Assembly (NCBI RefSeq): GCF_006345805.1
Contig: NW_021830077.1
Span: 1 to 5,361, forward strand
Length of the DNA stretch: 5,361 nucleotides
From: Octopus sinensis
Taxonomy: Eukaryota
Reading direction: 5' to 3'
Below the pieces are notes generated by a model. It made no database searches. It was not told where the DNA came from and worked only from the letters and a program-made list of their open reading frames with translations. Both the position numbers and the translations under genes were made by a program. Shown here piece by piece: positions 1-5,361 of the stretch; positions within the stretch are counted from its first letter, which is position 1, and each line of letters opens with the position of its first letter.

Positions 1-11
1 AAAGTTAAATA

Positions 12-170
12 GACACTGGCATGGCTGTGTGGTAAGTAGCTTGCTTTCCAACCACATGGTTCTGGGTTCAGTCCCACTCCATGTCACCTTGGGCAAGTGT
101 CTTCCATAGCCTCAGGCTGACCAAAGCCTTGTGAGAGGATTTGGTAGACGGAAACTGAAGGAAGCCCATT
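12..170 (+). mobile_element. tRNA-derived SINE, 5' head only (3'-truncated), Octopus-type/CORE-like
   Basis: A-box-like TGGCTGTGTGG (22-32) and B-box-like GGGTTCAGTCCC (64-75) are followed by CACCTTGGGCAAGTGTCTT, which resembles the start of the CORE domain. The segment aligns closely with the reverse complement of ~708-856. Similarity stops at GAAGCCC (~167), where the other copy enters its microsatellite. Confidence 0.85.
22..75 (+). promoter_or_regulatory. RNA polymerase III internal promoter (A box and B box) of the SINE head
   Basis: TGGCTGTGTGG resembles the A-box consensus TGGCNNAGTGG. GGTTCAGTCCC resembles the B-box consensus GGTTCGANNCC. The two are ~31 nt apart. Confidence 0.65.
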
Positions 171-275
171 GGTATACTGTGAAATGAGATACTTTGAACA
201 AAATATACTATTCATGTCACAGCTCAAGGTGAGACGGTAATGCATTTTAAAAACAATTTTTCTTCAGCTGAATGG

Positions 276-426
276 ACTCTTTACTCTTTACTCTCTCTTA
301 CCTGTTTCAGTCATTTGACTGTGGCCATGCTGGAGCACCACCTTTAGTTGAGCAAATCGACCCCGGGACTTATTCTTTGGAAGCATAGTATTTATTCTAT
401 CGGTCTCTTTTGCCGAACTGCTAAGT
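276..426 (-). mobile_element. 5'-truncated 3' fragment of the same SINE family, with an (AAGAGT)n-like tail
   Basis: It is a diverged direct repeat of 427-564 at an offset of 137-138 bp: CCTGTTTCAGTCATTTGACTG at 301 and 438, CTAAGT at 421 and 559. The tail reads ACTCTTTACTCTTTACTCTCTCTT at 276-299. Confidence 0.8.
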
Positions 427-650
427 TTACTCTTTTACCTGTTTCAGTCATTTGACTGCTGCCATGCTGGAGCACTGCTTTTAGTCGAGCAACTCAACCC
501 CGGAACTTATTCTTTTGTAAGCCCAGTACTTATTCTATCGGTCTCTTTTGCCGAACCGCTAAGTGACGGGGACATAAACACACCAGCATCGGTTGTCAAG
601 CAATGCTAGGGGGACAAACACAGACACACAAACATACACACACACACACA

Positions 651-700
<50 letters not shown>

Positions 701-856
701 CACACACGACGGGCTTCTTTCAGTTTTTGTCTACCAAATCCACTCACAAGGCTTTGGTCGGCCTGAGGTTATAGTAGAAGACACATGCCCAAGGGACTGA
801 ACCCAGAACCATGTGGTTGGTAAACAAGCTACTTACCACACAGCCACTCCTGCGCC
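427..856 (-). mobile_element. Near full-length tRNA-derived SINE (head, internal microsatellite, 3' module with short-repeat tail)
   Basis: On the - strand it starts GGCGCAGGAGTGGCTGTGTGGTAAGTAGC. The A box is at 836-846 and the B box at 793-804, and the head matches 12-170. A (TA)n(TG)n tract follows, then a 3' module ending CAGTCAAATGACTGAAACAGGTAAAAGAGTAA. Confidence 0.88.
614..707. repeat. (CA)n/(TA)n compound microsatellite inside the SINE
   Basis: CACACA... and TATATA... runs are directly visible. Confidence 0.95.
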
Positions 857-1089
857 TTTTCATTTTTAGCGGAATTATTTTAGCTAATTCATTTTTTAGC
901 GGAACAAACCTCAATTAGTATCACATCTGTGCCAAAATATCAAAAACTCCAGCGGATTTTTAAGTGCTACAGAAATATCCTTGTACTTCCAGCACTTAAG
1001 AGAGACTCTTACAGCTGATGGAAAAGTTATCCCTCCAAATAACATATTCAGCTTTTGAACATAAGTAAAAAAAAAACACTACTGTTTAA

Positions 1090-3087
1090 CCCTTTCGTTA
1101 CTGTATTTCTGTTGAGATGTTCTGTGTTTCTTTCAATTAATTTTAAATATAACAAAGAATTTAGTAAAATAACTTAGTTATCATTAAGCTAGTGTTAGGA
1201 ACATAAATTGTGACTGAGGTTTGGTGGAAGATTTTAATGCAAAACTTATGAAAACAAGACTTTTGTACCACCGAACTAGAGGCAGTTTCAGCCGGGTTGG
1301 TATCAAAAGGGCTAAGAATTGTTTCTCTATTATATATTTTAACCCTTTCATTACTGTATTTCTGTTGAGATGCTCTGTGTTTCTTTCAATTACTTTAAAT
1401 ATTAGAAAGAATTTAGTAAAATAACTTAGTTATCATTAAGCTAGTGTTAGGAACATAAATTGTGACTAAGGTTTGGTGGAAGATTTTAATGCAAAACTTA
1501 TGAAAACAAGACTTTTGTACCACCGAACTAGAGGCAGTTTCAGCCGGGTTGGTATCAAAAGGGTTAAGAATTGTTTCTCTATTATATATTTTAACCCTTT
1601 TGTTACCATATTTCTGTTGAGATGCTCTGTGTTTCTTTCAATTAATTTTAAATATAACAAAGAATTTAGTAAAATAACTTAATTATCATTAAGCTAGTGT
1701 TAGGAACATAAATTGTGACTGAGGTTGGGTGGAAGATTTTAATGCAAAACTTATGAAAACAAGACTTTTGTACCACCGAACTAGAGGCAGTTTCAGCAGC
1801 GGGTTGGTATCAAAAGGGCTAAGAATTGTTTCTCTATTATATATTTTATTTAACCCTTTCATTACTGTATTTCTGTTGAGATGCTCTGTGTTTTCTTTCA
1901 ATTACTTTAAATATTAGAAAGAATTTAGTAAAATACTTAGTTATCATTAAGCTAGTGTTGGAACATAAATTGTGACTAAGGTTTGGTGGAAGATTTTAAT
2001 GCAAAACTTATGAAAACAAGACTTTTGTACCACCGAACTAGAGGCAGTTTCAGCCGGGTTGGTATCAAAAGGGTTAAGAATTGTTTCTCTATTATATATT
2101 TTAACCCTTTTGTTACCATATTTCTGTTGAGATGCTCTGTGTTTCTTTCAATTAATTTTAAATATAACAAAGAATTTAGTAAAATAACTTAATTATCATT
2201 AAGCTAGTGTTAGGAACATAAATTGTGACTGAGGTTTGGTGGAAGATTTTAATGCAAAACTTATGAAAACAAGACTTTGTACCACCGAACTAGAGGCAGT
2301 TTCAGCCGGGTTGGTATCAAAAGGCTAAGAATTGTTTCTCTATTATATATTTTAAAAACCCTTTCATTACTGTATTTCTATTTCTGTTGAGATGCTCTGT
2401 GTTTCTTTCAATTACTTTAAATATTAGAAGAATTTAGTAAAATAACTTAGTTATCATTAAGCTAGTGTTAGGAACATAAATTGTGACTAAGGTTTGGTGG
2501 AAGATTTTAATAATAAACTTATGAAAAACAAGACTTTTGTACCACCGAACTAGAGGCAGTTTCAGCCGGGTTGGTATCAAAAGGTTAAGAATTGTTTCTC
2601 TATTATATATTTTAACCCTTTTGTTACCATATTTCTGTTGAGATGCTCTGTGTTTCTTTCAATTAATTTTAAATATAACAAAGAATTTAGTAAAATAACT
2701 TAATTATCATTAAGCTAGTGTTAGGAACATAAATTGTGACTGAGGTTTGGTGGAAGATTTTAATGCAAAACTTATGAAAACAAGACTTTTGTACCACCGA
2801 ACTAGAGGCAGTTTCAGCCGGGTTGGTATCAAAAGGGCTAAGAATTGTTTCTCTATTATATATTTTAACCCTTTCATTACTGTATTTCTGTTGAGATGCT
2901 CTGTGTTTCTTTCAATTACTTTAAATATTAGAAAGAATTTAGTAAAATACTTAGTTATCATTAAGCTAGTGTTAGGAACATAAATTGTGACTAAGGTTTG
3001 GTGGAAGATTTTAATGCAAAACTTATGAAAACAAGACTTTTGTACCACCGAACTAGAGGCAGTTTCAGCCGGGTTGGTATCAAAAGG
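1090..3087. mobile_element. piggyBac-like MITE copies 1-8 (homogeneous block, alternating A/B variants)
   Basis: Each unit starts CCCTTT just after a TTAA and ends TGGTATCAAAAGG(G) before TTAA or CTAA. The units are non-coding and AT-rich, and alternate units are nearly identical. Confidence 0.8.
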
Positions 3088-3118
3088 TTAAGAATTGTTT
3101 CTCTATTATATATTTTAA

Positions 3119-3338
3119 CCCTTTTGTTACCATATTTCTGTTGAGATGCTCTGTGTTCTTTCAATTATTTTAAATATAACAAAGAATTTAGTAAAATAAC
3201 TTAGTTATCATTAAGCTAGTGTTAGGAACATAAATTGTGACTAAGGTTTTGGTGGAAGATTTTAATTCAAACTTATGAAAACAAAACATTTTACCACAGA
3301 GCCCAGAAGCAGTTTCAGCCAGGCTGGTATCAAAAGGG
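3119..3338. mobile_element. piggyBac-like MITE copy 9 (both TIRs and both TTAA sites intact)
   Basis: TTAA at 3115-3118, then CCCTTTTGTTACCA ... TGGTATCAAAAGGG, then TTAA at 3339-3342. The TIR is 14 bp with one mismatch. TTAA target sites and CCC...GGG termini are established piggyBac hallmarks. Confidence 0.82.
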
Positions 3339-3361
3339 TTAAGAATTGTTTCTCTATTATA

Positions 3362-3688
3362 GATCCCTGGTCTGGTGGTTCGTAAAAAGCACTATCCGAC
3401 TCGTGGCCGATGCCAGCACCGCCTCGACTGGCTTCCGTGCCGGTGGCACATAAAATACACCAATCCGACCGTGGCCGTTGCCAGCCTCGCCTGGCACCTG
3501 CGCAGGTGGCACGTAAAAAGCACCCACTACACTTACGGAGTGGTTGGCGTTAGGAAGGGCATCCAGCTGTAGAAACATTGCCAGATTAGACTGGAGCCTG
3601 GTGCAGCCTTCTGGCTTCCCAGATCCCCGGTCGAACCGTCCAACCCGTGCTAGCATGGAGAACGGACGTTAAACGATGATGATGATGA
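3362..3688 (+). mobile_element. Non-LTR retroposon fragment (SINE or LINE 3' end, possibly RTE-associated), probably 5'-truncated, with (GAT)n tail
   Basis: A GC-rich block interrupts the spacer exactly: ...CTCTATTATA | insert | TATTTTAACCC. It ends with a stem-loop (3637-3668) followed by TTAAAC(GAT)5. No ORF of note is present. The clade assignment is inferred from the short-repeat tail. Confidence 0.75.
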
Positions 3689-3696
3689 TATTTTAA

Positions 3697-4288
3697 CCCT
3701 TTCTTTACCATATTTCTGTTGAGATGCTCTGTGTTTCTTTCCTTTACTTTAAATATAACAAAGAATTTAGTAAAATAACTTAGTTATAATTAAGCTAGTG
3801 TTAGGAACATAAATTGTGACTAAGGTTTGATGGAAGATTTTAATTCAAACTTCATGAAAACAAAACATTTTACCACAGAGCCCAGAAGCAGTTTCAGCCA
3901 GGCTGGTATCAAAAGGGTTAAGAATTGTTTCTCTATTATATATTTTAACCCTTTTGTTAGCATATTTCTGTTGAGATGCTCTGTGTTTCTTTCCTTTACT
4001 TTAAATATAACAAAGAATTTAGTAAAATAACTTTGTTATCATTAAGCTAGTATAAGGAACATAAATTGTGACTAAGGTTTGGTGGAAGATTTTAATTCTG
4101 AACTTATGAAAACAAGACATTTGTACTACAGAGCCAGAGGCGGTTTCAGCCAGGTTGGTATCAAAAGGGTTAAGAATTGTTTCTCTATTATATATTTTAA
4201 CCCTTTTGTTACCATATTTCTGTTGAGATGCTCTGTGTTTCTTTCAATTAATTATAAATATAACAAAGTATTTAGTAAAATAACTTAG
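3697..4288. mobile_element. piggyBac-like MITE copies 10, 11 and truncated 12 (more diverged)
   Basis: These units have the same TTAA/TIR/spacer layout. Copy 12 breaks off at ...AAAATAACTTAG (4288), where the microsatellite begins. Confidence 0.8.
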
Positions 4289-4468
4289 ATATATATGTAC
4301 ATAGTTGGATGAATGGATGGATGGAGAGAGACAGACAGACAGACAGAAGGGGAGAGGGAGATTAATAGATAGCTAGATAGAAAGAAAACAGACATACAGA
4401 TATACATACAGACAGACGGACAGCCAGACAAATAGATAGATATATAGATTAGATCGATAGTTAGATAG
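4289..4468. repeat. Degenerate (GGAT)/(GACA)/(GATA) simple-repeat region
   Basis: GGATGAATGGATGGATGG, GACAGACAGACA and GATA-like runs are visible. Confidence 0.8.
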
Positions 4469-4570
4469 ATACATAAATACATACATACATACATACATAC
4501 ATACATACATACATACATACATACATACATGCATACATACATACATACATACATACATACATACATACAT
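4469..4570. repeat. (TACA)n microsatellite
   Basis: About 25 near-perfect ACAT units. Confidence 0.95.
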
Positions 4571-4609
4571 TGACAGACAGACAGACAAAAGGATAAGTAA
4601 ATAGACAGA

Positions 4610-5050
<441 letters not shown>

Positions 5051-5275
5051 CCAGAAAAAACCAGACAAACTTGTATCAACAAACAAACATTTGACCAAGA
5101 ACCATGAAACCAAGACTGTTTTCTTCAAAATATTTTGGTAAAATTGTTTATTTGTCTACAGCAACCTCTAAGGGAAAGATCCATGTTAGCAGATGATGCA
5201 TTCATAATGATGAGATTGCATCTTTCAATGTAGCCATGACAGACGCCTCTCTAATCAGCAAAATTTTTCAGGGGA

Positions 5276-5361
5276 TTATTTTTTTTTCGTATTTATTTTT
5301 TTTGTATTATTTAGTTTTGTTATATTTTATTTTATTTATTTAATTATTCTTTTTATTTATT
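5276..5361. repeat. T-rich low-complexity / (TTTA)n-like tract
   Basis: Almost only T and A, with recurring TTTATTTATT. It runs off the window edge. Confidence 0.8.

Larger units (their letters stand above)
1086..4288. repeat. Tandem array (satellite-like) of a piggyBac-like MITE plus 23-bp spacer, period ~252-253 bp, 11 full units and 1 partial
   Basis: Units (CCC..GG/GGG): 1090-1311, 1343-1563, 1595-1818, 1854-2073, 2105-2324, 2359-2584, 2616-2837, 2869-3087, 3119-3338, 3697-3917, 3949-4169, partial 4201-4288. The spacer GAATTGTTTCTCTATTATATATT lies between TTAA (or CTAA) and TTAA. Confidence 0.95.

Noticed and set aside
12-85. tRNA gene
   Set aside because: A and B boxes are present, but there is no convincing cloverleaf or poly-T terminator and the sequence continues into SINE body.
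559-800. ORFs of 62 and 65 aa
   Set aside because: They are read-through of the (CA)n tract within a SINE.
1561-1600. Telomere-like GGGTTA/TAACCC motifs
   Set aside because: They are single hexamers formed by the TIR end plus TTAA, not tandem telomeric repeats.
3357-3656. ORFs of 99 aa (-) and 65 aa (+) in the GC-rich insert
   Set aside because: No reverse transcriptase or endonuclease motifs are present, and open frames of this length are expected by chance in GC-rich retroposon sequence.
1221-4288. Repeated 62-112 aa ORFs (MVEDFNAKLMKTR..., MLYLKLIERNTEH...)
   Set aside because: They recur only because the DNA is tandemly repeated. They cross TIR/spacer junctions, the + strand ones use non-ATG starts, they are frameshifted between copies, and they resemble no protein family I recognise.
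1086-4288. CRISPR-like or integron-like repeat/spacer array
   Set aside because: Both the long and short segments are constant rather than unique. There are no cas or integrase genes, and the context is eukaryotic.
1086-4288. Retrozyme (tandem monomers carrying a hammerhead ribozyme)
   Set aside because: The monomer size fits, but by eye I found no CTGANGA...GAAA core with the required helices on either strand. The TIR/TTAA structure explains the unit better. An Infernal scan would settle it.
5140-5275. Possible exon after acceptor-like TTGTTTATTTGTCTACAG (5161)
   Set aside because: All three frames hit stops within ~72 nt and no clear donor follows. It cannot be supported without transcript data.

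Overview
This is a non-coding, almost entirely repetitive eukaryotic window. The SINE sequences resemble Octopus-type elements as I recall them, which needs a database check. Bases 12-856 hold three pieces of one tRNA-derived SINE family: a + strand head, a - strand 3' fragment, and a near full-length - strand copy with an internal (CA/TA)n tract. Bases 1086-4288 are a tandem array with a ~252-253 bp period. Each monomer is a ~221 bp piggyBac-like MITE (TTAA|CCCTTTTGTTACCA ... TGGTATCAAAAGGG|TTAA) plus a constant 23-bp spacer, and there are 11 full units and 1 partial unit. Units 1-8 alternate between two variants as a ~505-510 bp higher-order dimer. A ~327 bp GC-rich retroposon fragment with a (GAT)n tail sits in the spacer between units 9 and 10. 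The array ends in a ~760 bp compound tetranucleotide microsatellite. No credible protein-coding gene is present, and all listed ORFs fall in repeats.
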